Positions 1-16,446 of a DNA stretch of 64,000 nucleotides are shown one piece after another (position 1 is the first letter of the stretch; each line of letters begins with the position of its first letter). The stretch is from the human T2T-CHM13v2.0 reference genome, Homo sapiens. Below the pieces are notes generated by a model. The model was not told the DNA's origin. It worked only from the letters and a program-made list of their open reading frames with translations, and did not search any database. The position numbers were made by a program, and so were the translations under genes. The stretch lies in assembly GCF_009914755.1 (NCBI RefSeq), contig NC_060939.1, one strand, 5' to 3'.

Positions 1-1752
<1,752 letters not shown>

Positions 1753-3271
1753 TAGATCAACTGGTGGAGCTTGTGACTATGCACATCTTCTGTGTCCTTA
1801 CTGATTTTTTACTCATCATACAATGTATTGAGAGTTATGTTAAAATCTCCAGCTGTAATTCTAGATCTGTCTACTTGAGCAGTTTTTGCTTAAAGTATTT
1901 TGAAGCTGTCATGTGTACACACTTAGGATTGTTAAGTCTTCCTTATAAATTCAGTCTTTCATTTTCATAACATTTTAACCTTTATTTCTGTTAAATGTCT
2001 TGATGCCTAGTTAAATTATTTGACCACCCTTTTGCTCCTGTCAAGCCTGGGCCTTTGTTAGTTTGTGATTATTTATTAGGTTTTTGCCTGTAGACTTAGA
2101 CAGTGACTCTTACTCTAGGAAAGATTCATCCTCATGGGCCTCAGCCACATGTTCTAGGTATACTTTGTGAGTTCTCTCCACTCTGCTATGTCCCAAATTT
2201 GTGTGATCTCTGGCATCTCCAGTCAGCCCTCAGAAGTGCCAGCCACTCTGCAGAGGCCTTGTGGAGCCTGCCTGCTCTATGCACTCCCCCCAGCCCTTGG
2301 CCCCAGACCTGCCGAGAACTTTTGCATACTCTTTTGAGACCTCACCTGTATGTAGTTCCCTCTTCTCCAGTACCTTATTCTATAAACTCCAAACACCTTA
2401 GCACTGCAAGACTCTCAGCTTAGAGAAAGTGGCATTGCCTCATTTTTGGACGTCTCTACCTCTCTCTGCATGGTCAAGAAACTGCCATTGGGCAGAAAAC
2501 AGAAGTATGTGTGAGATTTGCCTCCTGTGTTTTCCTGTTCTCAAATATCACAGTCCTGTTCTGCCTGTGTTCCAATCCCTGAAAACAGTTCTCTCTAATA
2601 TTCTATCCAGTTTCAGTTTTCTCATTGGTCATTGTGGGAGGGCAAGTCCATCTTGGCTGGAAGAGGAAGTCCTTCTGCATCTTTTTCTCTTTGTCCTTCC
2701 ACCTTCTTTTGCATTGTGGATTTTCTAAACTTGCTGTATAAGTAAGCATGTGCCTATTTGTGAAGGGAAAGAAAAAAACCTTTTAATTTTTTAAAGCTGT
2801 TCTGTTGGTTCTTCACAAGGATCTGAAGGGATTGGTAAATACGATGAAAGAAATTCTGTCTCTAACATGGAGAATACCATGTGTGACATTAATAAAAATG
2901 AGCATGTCTGTAAGCAAAGAGTTTCACTGAGCTCTGCTAGATTCAGAAGCAATTGAACTTACAACATCACAGTTTGCAAAACACAGATTTGATTTACCCA
3001 GGAACTAAAGCTAAGTAAGCTATGGGTTAATAGAAGGTCTGTGAAGGGTACTTAGACTACAGTAAGATTGGGGAAGAAAATTCCATTTCCAAATCTAAGA
3101 TATATCATTCCTTTGTGCCAAGAACATAATGAAGGTAGAGGTTTAAGGGGGCCCTTAGCACAGAAGCACTGGGTTAGTCAGAAGGTGAGGTGAGCTGTCA
3201 CACAGCCTTGATGCTAGAATGAGGGTGCCTTGGTAGTATCTTATCAGCCATGACACTGGTGCATCGGGACA

Positions 3272-3552
3272 TTTTTTTTTTGAGACAGGCTCTTGCTTTG
3301 TTGCTCAGGCTGGAGTGCAGTGACATGATCGTGGTTCAGTTCACCCTCGACCTCGTAGGCTCAAGCAATCCTCTCACCTCAGACTCCCGAGTAGCTGGGA
3401 CCACAGGCTTGTACCACCATACCCAGGTAATTTCTTAATTTTTTTTGTAGAGATGGGGGTCTCCTTTTGTTGCCTAGGTTGATTTTGAACTCCTGGGCTT
3501 AAGTGATTGTCCTGCTTCCACCTCTCAAAGTGCTGGATTACAAACATGCCAG
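3272..3552 (-). mobile_element. Alu (J-type)
   Basis: antisense Alu with the J-type ggctcaagcaatcctc motif. Confidence 0.9.
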
Positions 3553-4499
3553 ACATATGGAAACATTCTCAACTACGTGAAAATATGTGAAAAGCTTTGT
3601 TATGCATTGTGAGACAACCCAGTGGGAATATTTCACCATCTGCCTAAGGTTTAAAAGGAAATAACTTTAAGCATATGTCTAAATAGCAAGTAATGTTTTA
3701 GAGCAGATTCTCTTAAATTCAGCTTGTGTGTCTGCAGCATATACACAGCTGGAGCTGTCACCTGACCTAGAGACAGGCAACTTCAGTGCCCACTGTTCTT
3801 AGGATCCACTGCTTTTTCACAGCTAAAACCCCCAAGTGGCATCGTTAAGTATCATGTTATGTTACTTTAGTCGTTAAACGTATAAGCATACCTCCAAAGG
3901 TTGAATGTAGGCCACTTGCAGAAAGTAGGCAGAATGCTCACAGGTAATTCTTGATGATACTGTGTTTAGGTTTCTTATTCTTTGAAATCCCATTGAGAAA
4001 AAATACTGGCATCTGCTCAAAGTAATTTCTTTTTCAGTTTACAATATTATAAGTAATGTTATTGTATCATTTCCCTACTTGGACAGAGTGTGAAAATTTT
4101 GAGGAGCTTGTCTGCCAGAAATTTCTTCTTCATTTGAAAAACATTAATGAGATATTATATTTAAATGATTTTATTTAATATTAAGTGTACTTGGTGAACG
4201 TGGCATAGAACATACAAAATAAAACTAATTTAAAATTATTAACTATTACATTTATAGGAAAGACTTGCTAATCATAACACTGTTCATAATGATTCTGAAT
4301 AAAGCATTATTTCTTTTACTGAAAACAATTGTAGCTATAACTCAATCATCTAAATTGTCATTAGTTTTATTGCTTTCTAATCGTCTTGAGCTGAAATTTT
4401 AATTTTGATTAATTTTCTTTTTCTCCATTGGTTTCGTGTGTGTGTGGAGGTAAAATATACAGAATATTGAATTTGCCAGTTTTTCTACTTTTACGTGTA

Positions 4500-5140
4500 C
4501 ACTTCAGTGGCATTTAAATACATGCACCATTTTACCTTCCCACCAGCATTGCACAGGGTTTCAGTTTACCACATTCTGCCCAACATTTGTTTTTCTGGTT
4601 TTCTTGGTTTCTGTTTTTTGTTTGTTTTGATAATAGCATTCTAATGGGTGTGAAGTGGTATTGCATTATGGTTTTGATTTATATTTCCCTAGTGACTAGT
4701 GATGTTGAGCGTCTTTTCCAGTGCTTATTGGCCATTTGTATATCATCTTTGGAGCAATGTCCGTATATATCCTTTGCCCATTTTTGAATTGTGGTATTTG
4801 TCTTTCTGGAGTTCTCTATATAGTCTGGATATTAATTCCTTATAATGTTTGTAGTTTACAAATATTTTCTGCATTCTCTGGGTTGCCTTTTACTCTGTTG
4901 ACAGTGGTTCTTAATGCACAAAATTTTTAATTCTGATGAAGTCCAGTTTGTCTACGTTTTCTTTTGTTGCCTGTGCCTTTGATGTTCTATATAAGAAATC
5001 ATTGCCAAATTCATTGTCGTGAAGCTTTTCCTATTTTCTTCTAAAAGTTTTCTAACTTTAGCTCTTACATTTAGGTCTTTTGTCTATTTTAAGTTACTTT
5101 TTGTATTTTGTGTTAGATAAGGGTCCAACTTCATTTTAGC
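4500..5140 (-). mobile_element. L1M(B-like) fragment
   Basis: antisense L1 ORF2 end / 3' region (ctaatgggtgtgaagtggtattgcattatggttttgattt). Confidence 0.7.
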
Positions 5141-5771
5141 TAAAATTTTATGTATTTTAAAATTGACTATGAAAAGCATGAAATGTTTAGTTGAATAGAA
5201 AGTTTTGTGCAGTGGAATAAACTGAATCTCTAAAACCTTTTTATTATGGAAATATGCAAACTAATCCATACATAGAAGAATATAATGAGTCCCCCATGTG
5301 CCCAGGCCCCAGTATTAATTATCAATATTTTGCCAATCTCGTTTCGTTTACATACACACCCCCACACACTTTTTTCCTAGAAAATTTTAAGTAAAATCAC
5401 AGATATTACATCATTTTACCCATAAGTACATAAATGTACATTTCTTAACGTGGTATGTCTTTCTCTCATCACCTGTTTTGTTCTTTACTTTTATACATTA
5501 TACTATGTCATTATCAGACCTTGTAAAATTAACAAGAATTCCTTAATATGTAATATCCATTTAATGATTGACTCATTTCTACTCTAGTTAAAGTACAATT
5601 TAGGAGGAGTTTTGAGGATATTTTTTAACATTAAGATATAAACTTTTATAACAACTGCTAAAATAATGGTTGCTAGACTCTAACATTTCTATTGGCAAAT
5701 TGGACATTAGTATACATAGACATAGATTCTGCTCATTTTGCTTTCAATCTAAAATCATGGTTAAGATTACT

Positions 5772-6048
5772 GGCTGGGAGCGGTGGCTCAAACCTGTAAT
5801 CCCAGCACTTTGGGAGGCAGAGGCGGGTGGATCACGAGGTCAGGAGTTCAAGACCAGCCTGACCAATGTGGTGAAACCCCGTCTCTACTAAAAATACAAA
5901 AAAAATTATTCGGGCATGGTGGCAGGCTCTTGTAACCCCAGCTACTCGGGAAGCTAGGCAGAGAATTGTTTGAATCCAGGAAGTGGAGGTTGCAGTGAGC
6001 CAAGATCACATCACTGCACTCCAGCCTGGGCGACAGAGCGAGACTCCA

Positions 6049-6086
<38 letters not shown>
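5772..6086 (+). mobile_element. Alu (S-type) with ~35-nt pure A tail
   Basis: ggctgggagcggtggctc...gactccatct(A)n; flanking direct repeat aagattact/aaaattact. Confidence 0.95.
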
Positions 6087-6089
<3 letters not shown>

Positions 6090-6237
6090 ACTATGCTAGA
6101 AAGTCTTCCTGTAGAGGCATTTTTAAGAAGCATTATGATAGGCATTGCATCTGAAAAGCAGGCATGAATAGATGGCTGGGGTCTATCACGAGAGAGACCA
6201 TTCTCCATATATCACTTTGTACCCTCACATGTTGCCT

Positions 6238-6406
6238 TTTGTTTTGTTTTGGTCTTTTTTTGAGACAGGACCTTGTTCTGTCACTCAGGCTAGAGTACAG
6301 TGGCATGATCATAGCTCACTATAACCTTGAACTCCTGGGCTCAAGTGATCCTCTTTCACAGCTCCCTGAGTAGCTGGGATTACAGGCATGCACCCCCATG
6401 CCTGGC
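6238..6406 (-). mobile_element. Alu monomer (FLAM/FRAM-like)
   Basis: single antisense Alu arm. Confidence 0.8.
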
Positions 6407-6737
6407 TGTATGTTGCTATTGTGTATTTTAAAAACCTAATCCTGACTGTGCTGGTAGTCGCCGGAATCTGTGCACATACATGCAAACAAGTACATGTAAA
6501 ACTGGTGAAATCTGAATAAGCTTCATGGGTTATATCAATGTCAGTTTCCTTATTCTAACAATATATGATACTTATGCAAGATGTTATCATTGAGACAAAG
6601 CGAGTAAAAGATATGTGAGATCTTCATAGTATTTCTTATGACTGCAAAATAAAAGGTTTTTAAAACTAAGTTATAATAAAAAAGAACTCTGTGTCAAAAC
6701 TAAAATATAAAATTGAAATATCATTTTTATTTTTTAG

Positions 6738-6860
6738 GAATCTGGTGAACAGTAACAAACTTTGGTGAAATTTCAGGAACCATAGCCATTGAAATGGATG
6801 AGGGAACCTATATACATGCACTCGACAATGGCCTTTTTATCCTGGGAGCTCCACACAAAG
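6738..6860 (+). pseudogene. FRG1: FRG1-like exon 3
   Basis: tttttag|GA ATC TGG TGA ACA... reads [39 protein letters not shown]|gtttgt. 123 nt versus 126 in FRG1. Internal ATG at 6794. Confidence 0.95.
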
Positions 6861-7636
6861 GTTTGTGTCTGGAAGGGAAGATCCTGCCACAAGTGTAGAT
6901 TTTAGGACATTCATTCACTTAGGCCAAACTCTAACTAGTCTCAAACATTTTCCAAAGGAATGGAACCATTGCATTAGACTCTTCCATTTTTTTTAATTCC
7001 TTAATATTTACCAGCCATTGGCAAGTCCCTCTTTCCAATATAAGCATTTGAAAACATTCCATATAGTTCCAGAAGAGTATCTTTGGAAATCAAAACAATA
7101 TGATAATTAAAATAGTAAGTGGAAAGAAAAAAGAAAACCTATTTGAGTCAAACATATTTGAATTTCTTTTTTATTCAGACCTATTACCAAAACTAATCTG
7201 GGTGAATTTAACAATTTGAAGTTTCCTCATTTTCTTTAGCCCATTAGAGGAAACACTAATGAGATATGAAGTAATTAGAAGATAAAAAGCGGTATCATTT
7301 CATCAGCAAGGCCATCCATTGAATAAATGAAAGCATTTAGCTTTTTTAAATAAGTGCTTATTTATGACTGTATTTTAAAACATAAAGAGAAGCTATCTCG
7401 AAAGTTATTAAATAAGCATTATATCACCCTGTCTTAGTGTATAAAATTAACACTGTAGCTAAAAGAAGGTAAAATAGATCTTGATTCCAAAGATACAGTA
7501 TTGCAGTGACATCAGTATATCTGAATATTCTTACATTTAATTGCAGAAGAAAATAGCCACATTTTTTAAAGCAAAATAATATCTTTATATTTATAGCAAA
7601 TGTCAAATTTATTTTCAAATGTTTTTTCTCCAATAG

Positions 7637-7694
7637 TTGATGAGGGCCCTAGTCCTCCAGAGCAGTTTATGGCTGTCAAATTATCTGATTCCAG
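7637..7694 (+). pseudogene. FRG1: FRG1-like exon 4
   Basis: caatag|...DEGPSPPEQFMAVKLSDS...|gtgaac, 58 nt. Confidence 0.95.
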
Positions 7695-9041
7695 GTGAAC
7701 TTATATTGTAATATAATTAGTAACCAGTTATTTTAAAAATTTAATTGTATTCATTAAAAATTTTAGTATCTATCTTAAGCCTATGGTAATTTTGATATAA
7801 AAAATGAAATAGCTTTTTTGAAAAGTAGATTTTGTGATCTACTTTTAGTGGATTTCCTATCAATATATAATGCTAGGCTGGAAAAAAGATATGTAAGTTA
7901 AAAAATGAAGATTAATAATTTCACACACCAAATAAGATAGATTAAAAAATAAATCAATTTGTACAAAACCTGGTTCACTGTTGCTATGATATTTAAACTC
8001 ACTGTTTGGAAGTCTAAAGACAAACAGGAAGACTAAAAAAAATTAATATTGTTGAAACCAGCAGAGAATGTTACAACATCATAACGACCAAAAGAATATT
8101 TTTACTCACTATTTTTACAGTCATTTTATAAAGTAACCTTTTTTATTCTCACCTTGTGCAGAAGTATAGAATGATTCTTTGGGTAAAAGATAATGAAAGT
8201 GAATTTACATATTTTAGTAATTGGTTACATCAACATGATAATGATTTCTGTTATATAATCATTAATGTATAAAGGAGTAAAAGTCAATTCTGGCATCCGA
8301 GGAGATTCTTGGTAAGGTAAAAGAAATCATAATTTTAAAAAATCACGTTAAGATGATTATTTCTATACTTTCCTTGAAAGTCTGATAAGTAGGGTGAAAG
8401 ACAGAATAAAAGCAGAGGAAGAAAAATTCAATAGTTTTAAACTGCTTTACAATTATAAACAAAAAAGGATTATAAAGAAAATTAACTGACAAATGAGAAA
8501 ATATTTGCAACAATCTTAATAGGCAGTGAGTTCTTACTCTTCATATGTATCTTGTATAAAATTCATAGCACTGAACACCCCAGTAGAAAAATTGCGAACA
8601 ATCAGATCTGAATAGAAAAATGGACAAGGGACATTATCAGATAATCTAAAAACTAAAAAGGAAAGGAAAAGACAAACAATTGTTATTCTAGTTAACTACT
8701 AAAATGAAAATTAATAGGATACTGTTTTTTTCCATATCAAGTTTTCAAGTATTTTTTTAGAGTCATAATGTTTAAAAAAAAATCCATGATACAAAACATA
8801 CTCTGTTAATTTGAGGTAAGAATGTAAATGGAAGCAGCATTTTCTGGAAAACAGTTTGATGACATAAAGTTTTAGTAATTTAATATTGAAATTTATAACT
8901 AAAGAGGTATAATTGAAGAATGATGAATTTTGAAAATATTTGTTATGTAATAAAGGTACGATGTTTTTATTAAAAAAGCAAAATATAAAACTAAATTTAA
9001 AACTGTACAGTCCAATATGGCAACAACTTGTCACATGTAGC

Positions 9042-9338
9042 TTTTTTTTTTTTTTTTGAGGCACAGAGTCTCAATCTGTCACCCAGGCTGGAGGGCAGTG
9101 GTGTGATCATAGCTCATTATAACCTCAAATTTCTGGGCCCAAGCACTCCTCCTGCATCAGTCTCCCAAGTAGCTGGTATTACATGTGCACACCACCATGC
9201 CCAGCTAACTTTTTAAATTTTTTGTAAAGATGGGGTCTCACTATGTTGTCCAGGCTGATCTTGAACTTCTTGCCTCAAGCAATTCTCCCATTGCCTTTCC
9301 AAAGCACAGAGATTACAGGAGTGAGTTACCTCTCAGCC
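9042..9338 (-). mobile_element. Alu (J-type)
   Basis: poly-T followed by an antisense Alu. Confidence 0.9.
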
Positions 9339-9483
9339 ACATGCATCTTTTGAACTCTTGGAATATGTCCAGTCTGAAACTTTAGATATGTACACACCTA
9401 CACACATACACATGTCCTGTTTTGATGTCCTATAATTAATTTTCTCTCAGTTATTCACTTTTATCTATCTTATTAATGTACAG

Positions 9484-9598
9484 AATTGCCCTGAAATCTG
9501 GCTATGGAAAATATCTTGGTATAAATTCAGATGAACTTGTTGTTGGGTGTTCAGATGCAATTGGACCAAGAGAAAAATGGGAACCAGTCTTTCAAAAT
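9484..9598 (+). pseudogene. FRG1: FRG1-like exon 5
   Basis: tacag|...[38 protein letters not shown]|gtaagt, 115 nt. Confidence 0.95.
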
Positions 9599-11849
9599 GT
9601 AAGTGCTGTTTTTGTTTATAAAAACTTCCTGTCAGTTTAATAGAAAGTCTGTAACAGTCAATCATAATATATTTAAAAAGAAAAAGTAGGATGCAATAGT
9701 ATAATACATTAAATTGGAATAAACCACTAAGAACATAGAGGCTTAAAGAGATCTCAAAATGTAGTGCAAGAAAAATAGCATTAGTACTTTTGCCCACAAT
9801 TATTTCTCTATACCCTTAGTGCCTAGATATGGATCTCATTTCCATTGAAGAACCAGTCAATTTTAGGTCAGAGTAGGAAAACAGAATAGTTCCTAAGTAT
9901 CTTCTTTGTAGCAGAAATCATGGATGATTTCAGAAACATTACAGACTGTAAGCAAACAGTGGAGCTAGCTAAGACCAAGTTGTGACAATTTGCATATAAA
10001 ATATAAATAAAAATGGTTCATTGAAATAAATTATCTCTAAAAGACTTTCAGTTCATAAGCTTAAAATAGTGTATGAAAAGATAGTTTAAATATAAGAAGA
10101 AAAAAGATAATATACTAATTCTTAATTTTAGTAAGTAAACAGTTGTAGTATATGGATGTTTTGTTAAATCTTTGTTGATACAGAATACATAATTTCCTTT
10201 TTCTGTTTGTGTGAGAAGGAAAGATTGAACAAAAATATGTGAGTGCTAAACTGTCTTTAAAAAGTAGATAACTATATCAAAAACAGTAAGGACCAGTGGG
10301 CACCACGCAGAACAAGCAAATAGAAGATAAGTTCAGCCTTTGAGTAGCAGCTTTGGTAGTATACAATAATGAACTGAAAATAGGTACTCAGCAGTGTTTT
10401 CTAAGATGACAGATTAAACAAACATCCCACCAGAAAGTGGTAATCACTTAGACTAATTTCCTCATCCCCTAGGATAAAGTCTTAAGTCGGTGACTTGAAA
10501 ATTATTTTGACCCAATCCATTGACAAATGCATTTTCACATTGCAGCCCAGCACACACATATGTATAACTGAAGCAAGAGTTGTACTTAACAATACTTACT
10601 TATCCATGTGTTATGCACCTTGATATTTCTTATTCTCTTTTATCCCTTTCTCTGTGTGTCTGTGTGTATTCCTTTCCCCCCCCCACCCACCCAATACCGT
10701 TCAGGAAACACTACATTGATTTCATTACCTGCTAATGTGTTGCAACCCCTTTGAGATGATCCTACTTATTATGATGAGATGCTTCTAATAAAAGTTACAC
10801 CAGTAGAAAATGCCAATATTTCATAAGGCCAGAATGATGACTTAGATAGTACTAATAATACAACACTTTAGGAAAGTTCATTTTATTTTATTTTTAGGAA
10901 GGACACTAAGTTTCAAAAATTTAAATTTAAATGAAAGAAGGTCTTAAAACTCTATTGCATAAAGGACTCAGCTGAATAATCTGTGACACAGGTTTAAATC
11001 GCCTTGGGCCACACCGCTGTGTTCCAGAGCTCACCAGGAGCCATCCAGATGAGAGACCACCCAGCCCTTGTGACTTGACTAAGAAATTAAATCCATGTTA
11101 TCAGCACGTTTTTAACTGGATGTGATATAAGGTTAACATATTTTGTAATCATTGTATTTATAAATATTTTGTCTAAATGTTATGGTATTACAAGTTTTCC
11201 AAAAGAATCAACCAAATACAGTTATAAATAAACGTTATATTTGTTTACAGGAATTAAGCTAACCAAATTTATAACCCAGATTTAGATACACAAGAAAATC
11301 AGTTTTTAAAGTTTTGTTTAATAGAAACCAGTGTAATACATCAAATATTAAACAATTAAAAATGTATATGAATATTTACTTTCACACACAAAAGTCCCTC
11401 AGACATTGATTCTTAAATTCAAAACACCAAAGGCATTGTATATACCTTTTCATGTTTTCTAATTGTGAAGAAAATAAATTTTACTTAAAATGTTAATATT
11501 TGAATAAAGTATGCATTCATAATTATGTTCTTGTCTTTAAAGTTAATTTTCCAAGCAGAACTAAATCAGTTTTATCTTCAGTAGATCTTTTAGAAAGGAA
11601 GCAATCCTACTTTAGTCCTACTAGGAAGATACACTACAAATGTTTATTGTGGTAATCTTTGAATAGTAAAATGAAAGGTGATTTTGGTTTCCTTTTCTAT
11701 ATGTTCTTGTATTATATTTTTCAGGTTTTTCTCTAAGTTCTTTTCTGTGATTTTTAAAGCAGGGAGGAAAAATTAATTCAATCTAAACACTTAATGTTTC
11801 TTCCACAAGAAGTATCCTCATGGCTATTTTGTTATTTTGTTTCACTTAG

Positions 11850-11954
11850 GGGAAAATGGCTTTGTTGGCCTCAAATAGCTGCTTTATTAGATGTAATGAA
11901 GCAGGGGACATAGAAGCAAAAAGTAAAACAGCAGGAGAAGAAGAAATGATCAAG
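11850..11954 (+). pseudogene. FRG1: FRG1-like exon 6
   Basis: cacttag|[35 protein letters not shown]|gtattg, 105 nt. Confidence 0.95.
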
Positions 11955-13269
11955 GTATTGATGACATTTTATACAGATGACTGCATTCACACATGCGATG
12001 TGACTGTATCTCTTTAAAATGTTAAGTCATCATTTACTGTCACTTTAAAGATTTAGTTAATAGCTTTTTATAATGTGGTGTTTCAAATAGACTCATTTTT
12101 AATTATAAATCCCGTAGTTGATGGCTTGTTTATACAATGTGGTAGAGAAATCAGTGCATCTAGGAGCTACCTTGCCATTATCTCCATGGATTAGTATCTT
12201 TTTCTGGTCGTTCCACATGTTCTTTTTAAGCTTTCATGTTCTTGTTTTCTTGCTTGTATTTTAAAATCTAATTTTTTAAATAGATACCACGTACACGTGG
12301 TCCAACATTTTTAAATAAAAGCATATGAAGATGAAGACATATGCCTACTATACATCTTACTCACCTGTGTCCCAGCTCCTGTTCCTCTTTCCCTTTGTTT
12401 TTTTATAGCCTCCTAAAATTTCTTTATAAACATATGAATATATTTATAATTTTCAACTGTTTTACACTAAAGGCAACCTCCTCTATAGTCTTCTCGACTT
12501 TGATTTTTTTTTCCTTAAAATTGTATCTTGGAGAGTTTTCTACTATTAGTTTGAATGTAGAAAGTTTTCTCTTTTTCTTGCTTTTCCTCTCTTTCTCTCT
12601 CTCTCTCTTTTTAACAGCCACATAATATTCCATTTTAGGGATGTACCTTAATTTATTTAGTCTTTTGTAGATGGAAATTTAGGCTGTTTCCAGTCTTTTG
12701 CTCTTATAAACAGTGCTGCAGTACATAATATTGAATATGCATCAATTTGTAGATGTGCGGGTGGACCTGAAGATAAATTTCCAGAAGCAGAATTACCAGG
12801 TGGTGGTATACGCATTTGTATTTACATAATGCTTGAGCTTCTGTGATGATAATCACTCTATGAAACATAAAAAATTATAGCAGAACTTCTGGGGCCTTAG
12901 ACCTTACATTTTAAAAAAATATTTTTATTAATAGTACCTGTCTTCTTTGCATTAGGAGAAACATGAATCACATAAAACATGATTTTTATTTTATTTTTAA
13001 AATTTGCGTGCATCACTAAGCTGGAAATAAAAGTTCCTTATTCCAGGCTAAATTCCCTCATCCATAGTCAGACGCGTTATCCATTGCACCAGTGGCCTGT
13101 GCACTCCCTAATCCTACTCTTTGTTTTACATCATTGTAAAAGTTACACAGACATCTTCATATCAAGGTGAAATTCTAAATAATACTGTTAATATAACATA
13201 GATAAATCAGGTAGTTAAGTGGAATTTGATGAAAATATTTAAGGCTTAATTTTTTAGACTCACAAAAGC

Positions 13270-13489
13270 CACTGATCTTTAATGATAAACATATACCAGG
13301 ATATGTCTAAAGAATAACTCCCCGCTTCTTGACACATGGCTTTTCTGTGTCTTGGCATTCCATCGCAGTACTGAGCAAATGCACCGATCTTTAATGATAA
13401 ACATATACCAGGATGTGTCTAAAGAATAACTCCCCGCTTCTTGACACATGGTTTTTCTGTGTCTTGGCATTCCATCGCAGTACTGAGCA
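13270..13489. repeat. tandem duplication, 2 x 108 bp (period 112)
   Basis: 13270-13377 versus 13382-13489: 3 mismatches, 4-nt spacer aatg. Confidence 0.95.
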
Positions 13490-15262
13490 TCCTGAACCTT
13501 GCTTTGTTTGTCTCTGTTGGGAATCACAGGTTGCATCCAGTCTGACCCAGATTTGCTCTGTAAGGCATTATGGGGGCCAGAGTGGAAGGCTCTAAGAGAG
13601 GGGGCAAATGCCTTTTCTAAAATGCCCTTCGTTCTTATAATTAGAGCATAAAAATTAATGTTACATTTTTCTCTACTTCCAGTGTAATTTAAAAGCATCT
13701 ATCAATTCTCTGTACGTGCTTCATGTTAGATTTCCAGTCATGTGTTTGATTTTCTTTTTAGAATGGTCTTGATTTCAGATAATTTCAAATCTAAAGCCCA
13801 TACAATTTCAATCTAAAATGTAGGTTTTTCTTACAGTTAGAGAAGTGAAATGTTATATTTTTTCGTTGCATGCATCCAGCACATGCGTTGTAGTCTTGAA
13901 TTTCCATAATGCTCCTGTGAGGTGGATGTGAGCTCAGCCTTACAGACAGGAAGACAGCCTCTGACCCTCCTTACATCCTTGTGGTTTTTGTCAGTCAGTT
14001 CATGGTAATCACAGTGATTTCAAGGTGTGTTAAGACAGGATGTGTACCGAGGCCCATCTGACTCCAGAGGCCAATCTCAGTATTTCATAGCACATTGCTT
14101 CTCAGGAAACAGGTCATTGAGGAAATGCAGATGGGTTTGTGACTTACATTTAATTTTATTTATTTATATTTTATTGTATCATGTTTAAATTATTTTTCAT
14201 CTGGATATCATCACAAAAGTGTTATTGAAGGCAACAATGGCAAATATATGTGCAGTGCTTTGCACTTACGCAAAGATACAAAGATACACAAAGATTGCAT
14301 TTTTCACTATTTAAAGCAATTTTCAGATGAAATACAAAGTTTTCTGGGTCTCTTAGGTTAGTCAAGTACTTGGAAGCTCTGAACAGTGGTTATTTAAGAC
14401 TCTTTTTGTACCATTTAATTGCAGGCTTTCCTAATCTCTGTCAGCCCTTCACCTTTATGACCTTGCCTTATCTACCAGAACACAGATCTCTCTTACTCAA
14501 GGTAGCATTGTGTTACAGGCACTAACAGGGAATGTTTTCAGGCCTGGGACCCCTCTAATCAAAACTGTCACAAAGATGTCATTGGCACAAAGACGTTATT
14601 TGTCATCACTTTCTAAGCAGCCCTGGAACTGGACTCTGGCCACAGAGATCCCTTAGGAGACATGAGTCCTTACCATTGCCAATTGCCTGTTCTGTGGGTG
14701 ATCCTAATTGTTGAATGTAGATCAATTAACTTATGACATGTGATAGTAAACATCTATCCAAACTTAGGAGAATATAAGAAGCCAGTAAAAGAGGTGGATT
14801 CCAATTAATTAAAAACAAGTTGTGTAATGTTAAAAGTTTTAATACTTTGATAATAGTCTGTGCAATGTAAAATAGCTATTAAGCTTTCAGTCTGATCAAA
14901 TGAACACTTGTCTATAGGGATAATTTGATCCTGGTGTATTCACTTGGAGGACAAAATTAAATGAATGATTGCTTTATTGTCTAGCAGGATCTGATATGTA
15001 AAATATTTCTGAAATAATTTTGTCTGTAGTGTTTCTGACACAAGGACTGTGGAAGAAGCATGTGATAGCCCTTACTCATATAGACTATATATAGATGAAG
15101 TAAAAATGCATAGCAAGAACCTGTCTTTTTCTGAATATAGTTGCTCAGTTAATTTTTTTCTTCTGCATAAGAAATCATCTCGAATATTCTTATGTGATAC
15201 GTAAAGTGGGGAAGGTGGAAGATAAACATATAACCCATTGGATTCTCTTTTCCATTATCTAG

Positions 15263-15354
15263 ATTAGATCCTGTGCTGAAAGAGAAGCCAAGAAAAAAGA
15301 TGACATTCCAGAAGAAGACAAAGGAAATGTAAAACAACATGAAATCAATTATGT
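15263..15354 (+). pseudogene. FRG1: FRG1-like exon 7
   Basis: atctag|[30 protein letters not shown]..|gtatgt, 92 nt. Confidence 0.95.
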
Positions 15355-15431
15355 GTATGTATGCTTTTCCTTTTAGACCTACAGATTTGACAGTGAAGTG
15401 CTTCTCAAAGTGCTTTCAAAATAAATTATCT

Positions 15432-15586
15432 AATTAGCTGGGGATGGTGGTGCATGCATGTAGGCCCAGCTACTCGGGAGGCTGAGACAGGAGGATTGTT
15501 TGAGCCCAGGAGTTCAAGGCTGCAGTGAGCTCTGATCACCACTGCATTCCAGCCTGGGTGACGGAGGAAGATCCTGTCTGAAAAAA
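15432..15586 (+). mobile_element. Alu right-arm monomer (J-type)
   Basis: ttagctgggg...cccagctactcgggaggctgag...cagcctgggtgac. Confidence 0.85.
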
Positions 15587-15921
15587 TGAAAACTGATGGA
15601 CAAGAAGAGGCAACACAATGTAGCCTCTAGGAAAGAGCACTGAGCTAAATTCTTTTCTTGAGGGTTCTGTTTTCCTAATCATCCTACCAGCCCCCAAAGC
15701 TAGTCACTCGGGTTAGTCAATCTCTCTATTCATTCATAGAATGGGCGTGATGCCAGTCAAAGGCTGTGCTATGGCCAGGACACAGGGGACTCCAGCCAGC
15801 ATGCCCTAATAGAAGTGGGGCCTTGTGCTACCCAGTCAATGAGTGGTCGTCCTCTTGAGAGGTCACAAAGGTCATCTTGTTGTTCAAAAGCTCCAGCTTA
15901 TTAAAAAAAAAACACAATTAG

Positions 15922-16236
<315 letters not shown>

Positions 16237-16335
16237 TAATAAGTGAAAAAGAAATTAACAGTATTTATAAATTTAATAGTAAACATGTATAATCAGAGTT
16301 TGAGGTATTTTTCAATGAAGACATTTTCTTTGCAG

Positions 16336-16446
16336 AAAGAAATTTCAGAGCTTCCAAGGCCACAAACTTAAAATAAGTAAAGAAGACAGTAAAATTATTA
16401 AAAAGGCTCAGAAAGATGGATTTTTGCATGAGACGCTTAGGGACAG
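16336..16446 (+). pseudogene. FRG1: FRG1-like exon 8
   Basis: ttgcag|..[36 protein letters not shown]..|gtagct, 111 nt. Confidence 0.95.
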
